A stretch of DNA of 64,000 bases from a virus (taxonomy: Duplodnaviria > Caudoviricetes). Made by a program: the position numbers and the translations under genes. Location: IMG/VR virus record IMGVR_UViG_3300029913_000012, positions 8,322-72,321 of that record, one strand, 5' to 3'. The notes below the pieces were generated by a model. The model did no database searches. It had not been told where the DNA came from and was given only the letters and a program-made list of their open reading frames with translations. Position 1 is the stretch's first letter. Each line of letters opens with the position of its first letter. Below, in pieces: positions 29,521 through 39,912 of the stretch.

Positions 29521-31353
29521 TTAGATAAGTACACCTGCACTATCAGTAACTAAAATAGTCATAAATTGCTTCCAAGGAAAGAATCCTATATCGGCGACTG
29601 CGTAGCGGCTTCTGATTAGCATTCTTGGAGCCCATGTGGCTTCGGAAATTAACTGAATAGATTGGGCCATCAAATAAGGTACGAATACCAAACCTGGTTG
29701 TTCAACACTATTTTTTCTTCCTAAGAATATTCTGTTATCATCCCATCTTTGATAAGGGTCAACGTATATGCTAATATTTCCGATATTTCCCATTGGGAAT
29801 AATTGTCCATTAGCGTTTAAGTTAGATTTTACTGGATTAAGAGTATAACCTGCAACGTCCTGAATTACAGAAGCTAAATTACCATTTGTTACAAGGTATT
29901 GAGCTGGTCCAACACGACCTTCAGTTGCAATAAAGTTAGAAGCGTTATTAAGTTTAGCAATAAGTTTCCTTTGGATTGAGTGAGTAGTTTCACCTCCTGG
30001 GGTAGCAGCACCAACTTTCAAATAAGTATCAACGTTAAAGTCAAATTTAGAAACACCAGCAGCATCTTTAGGAGTTGTCCAAGCGATTCTGTTTTTATCA
30101 GCCATTTCTGTAACTTTAAATATGATTTGTTTTGAAATAGTTTGAGTTAACTCATTAACAAGAACTGATTCAAGTTTTTGAACGATATCCATACCTGTTG
30201 CAGCTTTAATATCTTCAATTTGAGTTCTTTTTAATGAACTAGAAATTTCAATATCACCTACTTGTATAGTTTTAGTAAAGATATCTGGTCCGATAACATT
30301 TGGATAAGTTCTTTCGTCTTCATCTCTTACCATTGGTTGTTTCAAATACCAACCTGCTGAGAAACCAGGAATATGATCTTCTAACAATGATACTAAGTCA
30401 ATAGTAACACCAGTTAAAGTAACTGCTTGTTTAGCAGTTGTACCAGAAGCTACTTCAATAACAATTCCGCTATTCAAAATATCAGAAATAGAATAAGCTG
30501 CAGTTGGAAAAGTATTTCTATCATTTACAAATCCCCAACCTGCGTTGTTAGAACCTGGATTAAATTGACGGAAAATTCTAAACATTGGATATCCATTAAT
30601 ACGAGACCATCCTAAAAATTCCATCCAACCTTCTTTGGTAGGAGTTGTTCCATTTGCTGGATAATTAATCAAAATTGGATCAAATCCATTAATGTCAGCA
30701 GGACCTGTAGCTCCACCTTGTGCAAAATATAAAGCAGTAGTATTATATGTAGGAACCTGAGTTACAAGAGAACCACCTGATAAGTGAACATAAATAGGGT
30801 TAGTTAAACCACCAATTTTTTCTCTTACTGGCATTCCGTTAGCATCCAATTTAAGAGCCATAGAAGCTTTTAATGCTGTATTCAAATTAGCACTTGTTGC
30901 AGCATCAGAGATATTAAGAGAGAACATAATTGGTCTTTCATCTTTCAATGTAGAATCAGCTAAGTTATCATATTTAAAATCTACGAATAACATATCAACT
31001 TTTGGAGAAGAAGCTGGTTTAACAGCAACTAAGTCCAAACCAATAGTTTGAGCAGCAATTTTCATAGAAACTGGAAGCAAATTTTGTCCTATATCACCAG
31101 AACCAATTCCACCTGGAGTTCCTGCACCATAATCACCCCATACTAAACCAGGAGTTGAGGCAGGTTGAGCAGCTTGTACAGCACCCATACCATTTAAGTT
31201 ACCTAATGTACTATAAGCAACGTTTTCATTCATTGAATGCATTTCAGCATATTCAGACATCCATTTTTGTTTGTAAGTGTCAGCTACTCCTAATGATTCC
31301 AAGACTGGTTTCCATTTAGCAACTGCTTTTTGATTGTCAATTATTAAATTCAT
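29521..31353 (-). CDS. gp23: Major capsid protein (T4 gp23-like)
   Basis: KW.PVLE N-terminus, LVAVKPASSP, EDIKA..GMD..L...L..E, IYVDPY, GLVFVPY, P.M.IRSRY; biased codon use of a highly expressed gene. Confidence 0.95.
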   Translation of the reverse strand: MNLIIDNQKAVAKWKPVLESLGVADTYKQKWMSEYAEMHSMNENVAYSTLGNLNGMGAVQAAQPASTPGLVWGDYGAGTPGGIGSGDIGQNLLPVSMKIAAQTIGLDLVAVKPASSPKVDMLFVDFKYDNLADSTLKDERPIMFSLNISDAATSANLNTALKASMALKLDANGMPVREKIGGLTNPIYVHLSGGSLVTQVPTYNTTALYFAQGGATGPADINGFDPILINYPANGTTPTKEGWMEFLGWSRINGYPMFRIFRQFNPGSNNAGWGFVNDRNTFPTAAYSISDILNSGIVIEVASGTTAKQAVTLTGVTIDLVSLLEDHIPGFSAGWYLKQPMVRDEDERTYPNVIGPDIFTKTIQVGDIEISSSLKRTQIEDIKAATGMDIVQKLESVLVNELTQTISKQIIFKVTEMADKNRIAWTTPKDAAGVSKFDFNVDTYLKVGAATPGGETTHSIQRKLIAKLNNASNFIATEGRVGPAQYLVTNGNLASVIQDVAGYTLNPVKSNLNANGQLFPMGNIGNISIYVDPYQRWDDNRIFLGRKNSVEQPGLVFVPYLMAQSIQLISEATWAPRMLIRSRYAVADIGFFPWKQFMTILVTDSAGVLI

Positions 31354-31403
31354 TTTTTTTATTATTTTTTTAAGACTAAAAAGTCTTTGTTTTTCAGTAA
31401 TGA

Positions 31404-31440
31404 TATATATTCTTTAAAAAATGTCATTTTTTTCTATTTT
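31404..31440 (-). promoter_or_regulatory. Extended head-gene promoter motif AAAAAATGA-NN-TTTTTTAA-NN-AATATATA
   Basis: Identical architecture at 33847 and 43931. Confidence 0.7.
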
Positions 31441-31456
31441 TGAATAAAATTAATTT

Positions 31457-33829
31457 TTAAGAACTTAATTTATCAAATGCTGATTTGAAATAATCAATCT
31501 GAGATTCACTCAATTTAGAGCCATCTACGATATGATTTTCTGTGATTAATTGTTTTGCAGGTTTTTCATTTGTGTAACGTGCTAAATCTCTACTATACCA
31601 AAAGCTCTCAAATTTTTGTACTGTATCTAGAGCAGGAAATAATCTTGCTGTTGCCAACACTTGGTTTTTAATAGTTTCATCTAATTTTTTCCAAATTAGG
31701 GTTAATTCAGATGGCATTGATTCAATTAATAAATCATTAAATGATTTTCTTTTTGGAGAAAGAGCTTCATTCATAAGTGAAATTACTTGTGCTTCACTTG
31801 TGTATTTACCTTCACTTTCTTTTAATAACATTTTAACTTTAGTTTTGTCATCGTTAGATAATGAATAATAAGCAGCTTTTCTTTTTTCTGTTAAGAACAT
31901 CATGAAATTTGGTTGATCGTTTTCAGAAGCTTTTCTTTTTTTAGTTTCATTGATCAAATTATTTATATTTTCGTTTAATGTATTTTGTACTTTTTGTACT
32001 TTACTTCCTAATCTAGTGATTTTAGATTCATGTACTTCAACAGGTTCTTCTTCTGTGTCTAATTGTATTACTACCATACCATTTTGTGGATTGGTTGCAA
32101 GTACTTCTCCAGTTTTATCTCCAACTGCAATAGTTTCACCTGGAGTAGGTAATCCACCTTCTTCAGTTTCTGCTTGAATTGGTTCTTCTGTTGTTGGTTG
32201 TACTGGTTCTTCTGTTGGTAATTCACCTTCTACTGCTGGTTGAGCTTCTACATCACCTTCTTGTTTAATTGGTTGATCTTCTGTTTGTTGAGCTTGTGCA
32301 GGTTCAGTTGCAGGGCCTTCTATTGTTGGAGCTTGTTCTTCGTAATATCCATTGATATCAATATCTTTAGTATTTTCATCTTCTGTTATGAAATCAAAAT
32401 TTTCAAGAACTTTTCCAGTTTTTAATCTTTCTGTAAGAAGTTTTGATTTTTCAATAGTTTTATCCAAATTTTCTGCGATATAATTTGTATAAGCCATAGA
32501 ATCGTCTAAATTTTCAGCGATATATTCGGAGTAAGAAATGTTATTATCTACATGTTCAGCGATATATTCTGAGTAAGCTATATTATTATCAAGATTTTCA
32601 GCGATATATTCTGAGTAAGCTATATTATTATCAAGATTTTCAGCAACATATTCCGAATAGATAATAGAATTATCCAAATTTTCTGCTAAATATTCTGAAT
32701 AAACAATAGAACTATCAAGATTTTCAGCAACATATTCTGAATAATCAATAGATTTATCAAGACTTTCAGCTATATATTCTGAATATTTGATGTTTTTATC
32801 AACATGTTCTGCTATATATTCTGAAAAATCAATATTCTTATCTAATGTTTCAGCTATATATTTACCATAATCAATAGATTTATCAAGATTTTCAGCTATA
32901 TATTCTGAATAGTTTCCTATTTTTTCAATATTTTCAGCAAGATAATCATTGTGTTTAATTAAATCTGTTGTGGTTTTTTTCAACTGTACATTTTCATTTA
33001 CAACAAATTGCATACTTTCTGCAAGATAATCTAGGTATTTCACCATTTTTGATTGTTGTTCATGTAATTTTTCGTAATAATCAAGTACACTTTCTAATTT
33101 AGCAGGATCAAAATCAACATTATTACCTTTTACCATATCATTAATTTTTGTTTTAAAGGTTTCAATTTCTTCTGTCAAATAATTAGAATACTCTGTCATT
33201 TGTTTTTTTGTTACAAAGTCTTCGTTGTTCATTTGGAATAATTCATTTATTTTTGACTCGTCAGATATATCATATATCCTAAAGTAATCTTTATCACTAA
33301 ATCCATAACTTTCATTTAATGATTTGACTTCCATTCTTGCTGAACTAAATCCAGGATCAGCAACAGCATCATAAGTAAATAATTTTTTAACGGTAACTGT
33401 ACCATCTGATTCTGTGATGCCAGCGGCTCTAGATGATACGAAAATAGGGCATCCATCATCTACAAGTGCCTTAGCTTCTTTACCCCAATGGGTATTTAAT
33501 AATCGGATTTCTCCCTTTACTGAATTTGATGATTTATCAAATATCGCACTTTCAATTGTGTGCGAAACTCTTGATAATGAGGTATCAAACACATCAGGGT
33601 GGTCAAATTCCCCGTAGACTACACCAAGTTGATTTTTACGACTTAGTAATTCATCTAAATGAGGTAGGAACTTATCAGCAGTATAGATTCTATCGTTTCT
33701 ATTCTTTATGTTAAATTCCGTAAACGTACCCTCTAAAATGTAATCACCTTTCTTTTGATTGGTATTTTCATTTATTGGTTTCTGTTTAAGACCGTCCATA
33801 CAATGTTCTACAATAAGAACTGGTTTCAT
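31457..33829 (-). CDS. gp21: Prohead protease (gp21-like) fused to repeat-rich scaffold/core domain
   Basis: LEGTF, KNRNDRIY, YGEFDHP, VSH, LNT.WGK, VSSRAAG, TYDAVADPGFSSA; followed by 12 x 14-aa repeats and an acidic Pro/Glu linker. Confidence 0.9.
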   Translation of the reverse strand: MKPVLIVEHCMDGLKQKPINENTNQKKGDYILEGTFTEFNIKNRNDRIYTADKFLPHLDELLSRKNQLGVVYGEFDHPDVFDTSLSRVSHTIESAIFDKSSNSVKGEIRLLNTHWGKEAKALVDDGCPIFVSSRAAGITESDGTVTVKKLFTYDAVADPGFSSARMEVKSLNESYGFSDKDYFRIYDISDESKINELFQMNNEDFVTKKQMTEYSNYLTEEIETFKTKINDMVKGNNVDFDPAKLESVLDYYEKLHEQQSKMVKYLDYLAESMQFVVNENVQLKKTTTDLIKHNDYLAENIEKIGNYSEYIAENLDKSIDYGKYIAETLDKNIDFSEYIAEHVDKNIKYSEYIAESLDKSIDYSEYVAENLDSSIVYSEYLAENLDNSIIYSEYVAENLDNNIAYSEYIAENLDNNIAYSEYIAEHVDNNISYSEYIAENLDDSMAYTNYIAENLDKTIEKSKLLTERLKTGKVLENFDFITEDENTKDIDINGYYEEQAPTIEGPATEPAQAQQTEDQPIKQEGDVEAQPAVEGELPTEEPVQPTTEEPIQAETEEGGLPTPGETIAVGDKTGEVLATNPQNGMVVIQLDTEEEPVEVHESKITRLGSKVQKVQNTLNENINNLINETKKRKASENDQPNFMMFLTEKRKAAYYSLSNDDKTKVKMLLKESEGKYTSEAQVISLMNEALSPKRKSFNDLLIESMPSELTLIWKKLDETIKNQVLATARLFPALDTVQKFESFWYSRDLARYTNEKPAKQLITENHIVDGSKLSESQIDYFKSAFDKLSS
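32450..32955 (-). repeat. 42-bp/14-aa tandem repeat x12 (YSEYIAENLDxxIx)
   Basis: Visible in protein and DNA (tatattctgagtaagctatattattatcaagattttcagc). Confidence 0.9.
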
Positions 33830-33846
33830 ATTTTTTAATTTTCTTT

Positions 33847-33883
33847 TATATATTACTTAAAAAATATCATTTTTTTCTATTTT
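33847..33883 (-). promoter_or_regulatory. Extended head-gene promoter motif (copy 2)
   Basis: TATATATT-AC-TTAAAAAA-TA-TCATTTTTTTCTATTTT on + strand, 33 of 37 nt identical to the copy at 31404. Confidence 0.7.
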
Positions 33884-33984
33884 TTAATTTTCTTCATATT
33901 TATTATTTTTGATGTGTTTTTTGCTGAATTTGATAAAACAAAGACATATAATATTTATATATACTTAAAATAAACAATTAATAT

Positions 33985-35622
33985 ATGATATTATCAAATA
34001 AAATAGAAATTCGAATTAATATATCAAATATAAAACATTATAAAAAATTATATAAAAATATTAAAATAAATGATATAATATTGGTTAATGTGAATGAACT
34101 AACTAAAGGATCTAGATATAAAGTTAAAATGAGATGCGATAAATGTGGAGATGAGTATGAATCATGTTTTAATATATTATATAAAAATAATTCACTTAAA
34201 AAATTTATATGCAAAAAATGTAAAAGAAAAATAACTATTCAAGAAAAATATGGAGTAGATAATGTTTTTCAATGTAATGAAATAAAAGAAAAATCGAAAA
34301 TAACAATTAAAGAAAAATATGGAGTAGATAATGTATCACAAAATAAAGAAATTAAAGAGAAAAAAATGAATACTAATTTTAAACATTTTGGAGTTAAATG
34401 GGGATTATCATCTAATATAATTAAAGAAAAATCGAAAATAACAATTAAAGAAAAATATGGAGTAGATAATGTATCACAAAATAAAGAAATCAAAGAGAAA
34501 AAAGAAAAAACTTGTTTTAAAAATAACGGAGTAAATTTTATATCTCAGCATAAAAATTTTAAACAAAATATAAACAAAATAAATTTAATAAAACTTCAAA
34601 AAAAATATTCAAATTTAATAAATATTGAAGGAGACAATTTTACATTTTATTGTGAAAAATGTGAAAAAAACTTTGAAATTTATAAAAAAACATTTTATGG
34701 TAGATATAATCTAAATGTTGATGCATGTGTATTTTGTAATCCTATAGGATCTGTTCATACATCTGGATCAGAAACTAATGTATATAATTTCATTAAAAAA
34801 AATTATAACGGAGAAATCATACAAAATAATAGAAATATTATAAAACCATATGAATTGGATATTTATATTCCTGAATTAAAAATTGCATTTGAATATAATG
34901 GATTATTTTGGCATAATGAAAATAATACTTCTAATAATTATCATTTAAATAAAACTGAATTATGTGAAAAACTAGGAATACAATTAATGCATATTTGGGA
35001 GGATGATTGGTTATATAAGCCAGATATAATAAAATCTATGATATTAAATAAATTAAGTAAAAATTATAATAAAATATTTGCACGTGAAACAGAAATTAAA
35101 GAAATAAATGATAATAAAATAGTTAAAGATTTTTTAAATAATAATCATATTAAAGGATTTATTAGTTCCAAAATTAAAATAGGATTATTTTATAAAAATG
35201 AATTAGTTAGCTTAATTACATTCAGTAATCTTAAAATTCCAAAAAATAAAATTGAAAAAAATTATGAATTATTAAGATTTTGTAATAAGTTAAATACTAA
35301 TATTATAGGAGGTGAAAATAAATTATTCAATTATTTTATTGAAAATTATAATTCGAATAAAATATTAGCATATATAGATATAAGTAATTGTAACAGTGAA
35401 TTATATGAAACATTAAATTTTAATAATATAGGCAAAATTAAACCAAATTATTATTATATAATAAATGGAATACGACTAAATAAATTTAATTTTCGTAAAG
35501 ATATATTAATTAAGCAAGGTTATGATAAAAATAAAACTGAGCATGAAATAATGAAAGATAGGCATTATTATAGAATATATGATTGTGGACAATTAAAATT
35601 TGAATATATTAATAAATTATAA
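33985..35622 (+). CDS. Hef-like homing endonuclease
   Basis: KYGVDNV repeats; YELDIYIPELKIAFEYNGLFWH nuclease; C-terminal FLNNNH.KG, YELLRFC, RIYDCG domain. Confidence 0.75.
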   Translation: MILSNKIEIRINISNIKHYKKLYKNIKINDIILVNVNELTKGSRYKVKMRCDKCGDEYESCFNILYKNNSLKKFICKKCKRKITIQEKYGVDNVFQCNEIKEKSKITIKEKYGVDNVSQNKEIKEKKMNTNFKHFGVKWGLSSNIIKEKSKITIKEKYGVDNVSQNKEIKEKKEKTCFKNNGVNFISQHKNFKQNINKINLIKLQKKYSNLINIEGDNFTFYCEKCEKNFEIYKKTFYGRYNLNVDACVFCNPIGSVHTSGSETNVYNFIKKNYNGEIIQNNRNIIKPYELDIYIPELKIAFEYNGLFWHNENNTSNNYHLNKTELCEKLGIQLMHIWEDDWLYKPDIIKSMILNKLSKNYNKIFARETEIKEINDNKIVKDFLNNNHIKGFISSKIKIGLFYKNELVSLITFSNLKIPKNKIEKNYELLRFCNKLNTNIIGGENKLFNYFIENYNSNKILAYIDISNCNSELYETLNFNNIGKIKPNYYYIINGIRLNKFNFRKDILIKQGYDKNKTEHEIMKDRHYYRIYDCGQLKFEYINKL

Positions 35623-35955
35623 ATTATATTTTTCAGAATCTTTGAATACTTTATATTCTTCTAAATCGAAACCGATTAATGTTTCTACTGGAACCGTTTG
35701 TAATGTATTACTAAATTTAGCACTTTTAATGTATGCTATTTTGAACTCATTTGTTATAGAATATAAAAAAACATCACCTCTTCCATATTCTATCATATCA
35801 TATACTGATTCTAAATAACTATCTATATGAGATTTAAATAATTTTAGTTCTTTTCTTATAGATTTATCTAATACTAGCTTACTTAATAATTCTAAATCAA
35901 TTTTATATCTTCTATCTTGATATCCAATAGTTTCATTAAATTTTGCAATTTTCAT
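35617..35955 (-). CDS. CTS-leader protein with KYNL C-terminus
   Basis: MKIAKFNET...LEEYKVFKDSEKYNL. Confidence 0.65.
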   Translation of the reverse strand: MKIAKFNETIGYQDRRYKIDLELLSKLVLDKSIRKELKLFKSHIDSYLESVYDMIEYGRGDVFLYSITNEFKIAYIKSAKFSNTLQTVPVETLIGFDLEEYKVFKDSEKYNL

Positions 35956-35975
35956 AATATATTTATATTTTTAAA

Positions 35976-36272
35976 TTAAATAGACGTAATAAAATCATCA
36001 TCATTTGATTTTTTATTTTTATTTTCCAATTTTTTTGTAGTTACTTTTGTGATTGCTTTTGTAGTTGTGTTTGTAGTTGTGTTTGTAGTTACTTTTGTAG
36101 TTATTTTAGTACGCTTGGTATATTCATTATCTGGAATTTTTAATGATTTAATTTTTCCATTTATTTTAATATCATAATAACCATTTTTTTCTCCTATAAA
36201 TTCTTCCACATTATTAATATCAGTTATATTATTGTAATATAATATTGATACAATTCTTCTATCTATTGACAT
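35976..36272 (-). CDS. Hypothetical protein with Thr-rich repeat
   Basis: TTKVTTNTTTNTTTKAITKVTTKK. Confidence 0.55.
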   Translation of the reverse strand: MSIDRRIVSILYYNNITDINNVEEFIGEKNGYYDIKINGKIKSLKIPDNEYTKRTKITTKVTTNTTTNTTTKAITKVTTKKLENKNKKSNDDDFITSI

Positions 36273-36289
36273 ATTTATTTATTTATTTT

Positions 36290-37183
36290 TTATAAAAATT
36301 TAAGATAATCAATATCTTTATTTTCTTTTATATATTGTTTGTAAATTACTATTTTTGTTGAAGACGTCCAATATCCCTCTTTTAATGATTCGTCAGATAC
36401 TCTATTTAATACTTTTAATAGTTTTTTTATAAAATTTGATGATACTGACTTAAAATATCTACTAGAATTTTTTAAATAATTATATAAATCTGTATCAGAA
36501 TTTATTTTTGTTTTTATTTTCATTTTAGAATTAAATAAATTAAATATTTCATAAAGAAAAACTTTATCGTTTATATATGAGTTTATTAAGTCAGTATATA
36601 ATTGTTTATATTCAAAATTTTTTAAATTTAACATATTCTGCCACTCAATTGTCTCTACTAAAAATTTTTTTAGAATATCTATATCTTTAATTTTTTTATC
36701 AGATAAATAAGTATAAACACTGGAAACTCTTGCATTAACTTCAAATGGTAGAGATAAATAAAAAATATCTATAAAATAAAATAAACTATTATTGTTAATT
36801 TGTTTTCTTGTGTCATATAATACTTTCATTCTATTCCATTTTGACTTAGTATAAATATCTTTTATTTTATACAATTCATATAAATGAGTTAGCTCATGCA
36901 TCAAAGATTTAATTATTAAAGATTTATTAAAATATGATACATTTAAATTTATTATACAATTTTTAAAATTTGAATTTATACAATCATCAAAATTTAAATC
37001 TCCTGAAAAATTATTCTTACTATCATTTTTTTTAAAATTAATAGTCAAACTAGCGACTAAATCAACTTCGTTTATATCTATTAATAATGTTGTTAAATTT
37101 TTAGAACTATATATGATTTCACTATCATATTTAGTAATAATATTTAGTAATATATCTGGAGTACCTTTTGATTCTAATACCAT
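36290..37183 (-). CDS. Zincin-like metallopeptidase
   Basis: LMHELTHLYE plus YLSLPFEVNAR third ligand; paralog of 47511..48410. Confidence 0.7.
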   Translation of the reverse strand: MVLESKGTPDILLNIITKYDSEIIYSSKNLTTLLIDINEVDLVASLTINFKKNDSKNNFSGDLNFDDCINSNFKNCIINLNVSYFNKSLIIKSLMHELTHLYELYKIKDIYTKSKWNRMKVLYDTRKQINNNSLFYFIDIFYLSLPFEVNARVSSVYTYLSDKKIKDIDILKKFLVETIEWQNMLNLKNFEYKQLYTDLINSYINDKVFLYEIFNLFNSKMKIKTKINSDTDLYNYLKNSSRYFKSVSSNFIKKLLKVLNRVSDESLKEGYWTSSTKIVIYKQYIKENKDIDYLKFL

Positions 37184-37268
37184 ATTTTATTTGTAATTTT
37201 AATTATATATAAAAAAATAACTGTCATAATATAATTTATGATTCTGGTCAATTAAAAATTGTATATAA

Positions 37269-37309
37269 AATAAAAACAGAGAACTAAATTTAAGTTCTCT
37301 GTTTTTATT
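37269..37309. terminator. Intrinsic terminator after portal gene
   Basis: TAAAAACAGAGAACT...AGTTCTCTGTTTTTA. Confidence 0.75.
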
Positions 37310-37321
37310 AAAAAATATATT

Positions 37322-39079
37322 TTAAAATTCCGCTCCACCTTGGGCTTGACCTCCACCTTGACCTCCACCTTGAGCTTGACCTCCACCTTGAGCTTGACCT
37401 CCACCTTGAGCTTGACCTCCACTTTGGGCTTGACCTCCACCTTGGGCTTGACCTCCACCTGGCATACCACCTTCGCCACCACCTGGCATACCACCTTCAC
37501 CTCCACCTGGCATACCACCACTCATTCCTCCTCCTTCACCTGCTGTACCGCTCATCATTTTATATTTATTATTAGATTCAATATCTTTATCAGTAAATTT
37601 CATAATATTTCTCACAATCCACTCAATCGAAAGGTAAGGTTTCCCCTCACCGTCTTGTAGATTGCTTGATAAAGTTGATGATATTTCTGCTCTTTTTGCT
37701 AAATTGTTTAAGTATTTCCATTCTTCAAATAAATCATTAGAATTAAAATTTAATTTAATATAACTTTCAAATACTCTATCACTACTTAATTCAGGAAAGT
37801 CTAATACCATTTGTATTTTTAATGGTTTAACTAAAACTTCTTTAAATAATGTTCTTAATCTACCAACAAAATTTTTAAATCTTATTTCATCCATAGTAAT
37901 TGAAGCAGTATCATCATAAAAATTACCACCTCCCTGATCTTCATCTAATCTTGAAAAAGGCATTTTAGATGCTCTTTTAAATGATTTATAAAACCACTGT
38001 AAAGATATATCTTCATTTAATTCAGCTTGTTGTGGTTGTAGAATCTCCATTTCTGGAGTTCCTAATTCAGATGTTGGAAACCAATAATCTTTTGAATGAG
38101 GTATTTTAGTTGAGCCATTTATATATGGTACTCCTGTTGTATCATCCCATTCAATATCTTCATGATATTCACTCATCAATTGAGTAATTTGCTGTTCAGC
38201 TTGTTGACGAGTCAGTCCATTTACAGGAATAACAAATTTTTTATATATTGAAGCTTGATTTAAATTGTACATTAATTTAGTAAACTCTAATAATTTTAAT
38301 TGATTATAAGGTTTGATTAATCCTTCAACATAACTTGTTTCGTCATAATCTAAATTATTTGAATATGAAATATAAATAATATTAGCATCTAATAAAACTC
38401 TTCTTAATTGAGGAACATCTGGATTTTGAATCCATACTACAGTTCCAGTACCTGGCTCAGCAGCTACAATTAATGTTAATGGATCCAATAAATTAAGTTC
38501 AATTATATTTTTTTGGTCATCATCATAAACAATTTCAAATGATAAAAATCCATCAATTAAAAATGTTTTCATGTAATTCCAAGCAGTTAATCCGTCGTTA
38601 AAATTAAATGAGTTATAGACTTTTTTAAAATTTTCTTGATATTTAACTCTGATTGATTGATCATAATTATCTGGCAAATCAGTAACAGTACAAAAATAAT
38701 TATCATCATCATAATTAATTGCTTCTTCTGCTATTCTGGTAACATAATCTTTTATTTCTTCCTTTATTGCATATTGGTGTAAAATTTTTCTTTTATCCAA
38801 ATATCTACGATCTAAATATGCGATAGATTTCTTTTCTAATATTTTAGATATTATTTTTTTTGTAAATAAGTCGTACATATTTGTACCAGGTTCGTAAAGT
38901 AAATTACTGGTATCTTGAAATGCTCCAATAGCCTGACTATTTCTAACAACCATTTCTTGATCATCCATTCCGAAATTACTCAATTTTCTTAATATTTTAT
39001 TACCAAAACTTTTTCCTACATTACCTCGTCCAAAATCATACATTGAATTTGGCTGATTATATCTGTTATATGTTGCCAC
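37322..39079 (-). CDS. gp20: Portal protein (T4 gp20-like) with Gly-rich C-terminal repeats
   Basis: FLIDG, LDP, SYVE.LIKPYNQLKLLE, DYWFP, SKMPFSRL, ITMDEIRF..FV.RLR, S.EWI.RNI. Confidence 0.95.
   Translation of the reverse strand: MATYNRYNQPNSMYDFGRGNVGKSFGNKILRKLSNFGMDDQEMVVRNSQAIGAFQDTSNLLYEPGTNMYDLFTKKIISKILEKKSIAYLDRRYLDKRKILHQYAIKEEIKDYVTRIAEEAINYDDDNYFCTVTDLPDNYDQSIRVKYQENFKKVYNSFNFNDGLTAWNYMKTFLIDGFLSFEIVYDDDQKNIIELNLLDPLTLIVAAEPGTGTVVWIQNPDVPQLRRVLLDANIIYISYSNNLDYDETSYVEGLIKPYNQLKLLEFTKLMYNLNQASIYKKFVIPVNGLTRQQAEQQITQLMSEYHEDIEWDDTTGVPYINGSTKIPHSKDYWFPTSELGTPEMEILQPQQAELNEDISLQWFYKSFKRASKMPFSRLDEDQGGGNFYDDTASITMDEIRFKNFVGRLRTLFKEVLVKPLKIQMVLDFPELSSDRVFESYIKLNFNSNDLFEEWKYLNNLAKRAEISSTLSSNLQDGEGKPYLSIEWIVRNIMKFTDKDIESNNKYKMMSGTAGEGGGMSGGMPGGGEGGMPGGGEGGMPGGGQAQGGGQAQSGGQAQGGGQAQGGGQAQGGGQGGGQAQGGAEF
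37334..37520. repeat. 18-bp (GGGQAQ) and 24-bp (GGMPGGGE) tandem repeats in the portal tail
   Basis: ccaccttgagcttgacct and ccacctggcataccacc units; locally GC-rich. Confidence 0.9.
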
Positions 39080-39141
39080 TGTTTATTTATTAATTTTTAT
39101 TATATATAAAATTGCGTATGTTCATTTTAAATTTATTTATT

Positions 39142-39912
39142 CTACATTTTTTCTATTAATTTTAAATTTTTTTCAAAATTTCTAAGTGAAGTATAAAATT
39201 TTTCTATATCTTTTTCATATAATTTCAATATTTCTTCATACATTATTATTTTATCTGAAAATTCTCCTTTAAGTTTATCATTTATAATCTTATTCAATGT
39301 ATCATACATTAAATTATTATTTATTTTATATGTATCTAAAAAAACAAATCTTTGTAGAATTGTAGAAGATACTTGATACACATGTTCAATTTTTGATATA
39401 TCATATGCTGTTATGGAATAATTCTTTTTTCCATTTATTTTCAAATATTCATAAATCCATTTTATATTAAAATTAAATTCATTATTTACAACATCACCTT
39501 GTGATATTTTATCAGAATTTTTATCGTATCTATCTGAATTTGTTTGTATTATAGCATCTATTAATTTTGCTTTATATAATAATGGTAAATAATCAAAATT
39601 TATTGCATATAAAATTTTTTTAATGTTAACAATTTTTAATTGACTTTCTAATATTCCAAGTTCATTAGAATTTGCTAACGGTGGAATAGTTAAAATAGGA
39701 CACCATAATTTATTTCCATTATAATTATATTTAATTATATAAAATTTACCAATTTGAATATTTCCTAATGTGGTTGGTCTTATTTGTTTATTTGGATTTC
39801 GTATAATATAACTAAATATTTCTTCTGTAGATTCTTTTCTAATTAAACTAATATTTTGATTATATTGCCCAAATAATGCTTTAAGTTCTTCAGTGAATGA
39901 CATTTTACTCAT
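39142..39912 (-). CDS. DNA end protector gp2-like protein
   Basis: GKFYIIKY...P.L...AINFDYLP..K..L resembles the gp2 G..Y.F.Y...GLNLHYLP; adjacent to gp4. Confidence 0.55.
   Translation of the reverse strand: MSKMSFTEELKALFGQYNQNISLIRKESTEEIFSYIIRNPNKQIRPTTLGNIQIGKFYIIKYNYNGNKLWCPILTIPPLANSNELGILESQLKIVNIKKILYAINFDYLPLLYKAKLIDAIIQTNSDRYDKNSDKISQGDVVNNEFNFNIKWIYEYLKINGKKNYSITAYDISKIEHVYQVSSTILQRFVFLDTYKINNNLMYDTLNKIINDKLKGEFSDKIIMYEEILKLYEKDIEKFYTSLRNFEKNLKLIEKM

Noticed and set aside
32450-32955. 42-bp periodic repeats as a possible array or ncRNA
   Set aside because: Variation is mostly synonymous or conservative within the scaffold ORF; it is a protein repeat
37252-37660. Track ORFs 37252..37521, 37340..37660, 10299..10496 and 11382..11576
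   Set aside because: Alternative-frame or antisense shadows of coding repeats in the portal and Thr-rich genes
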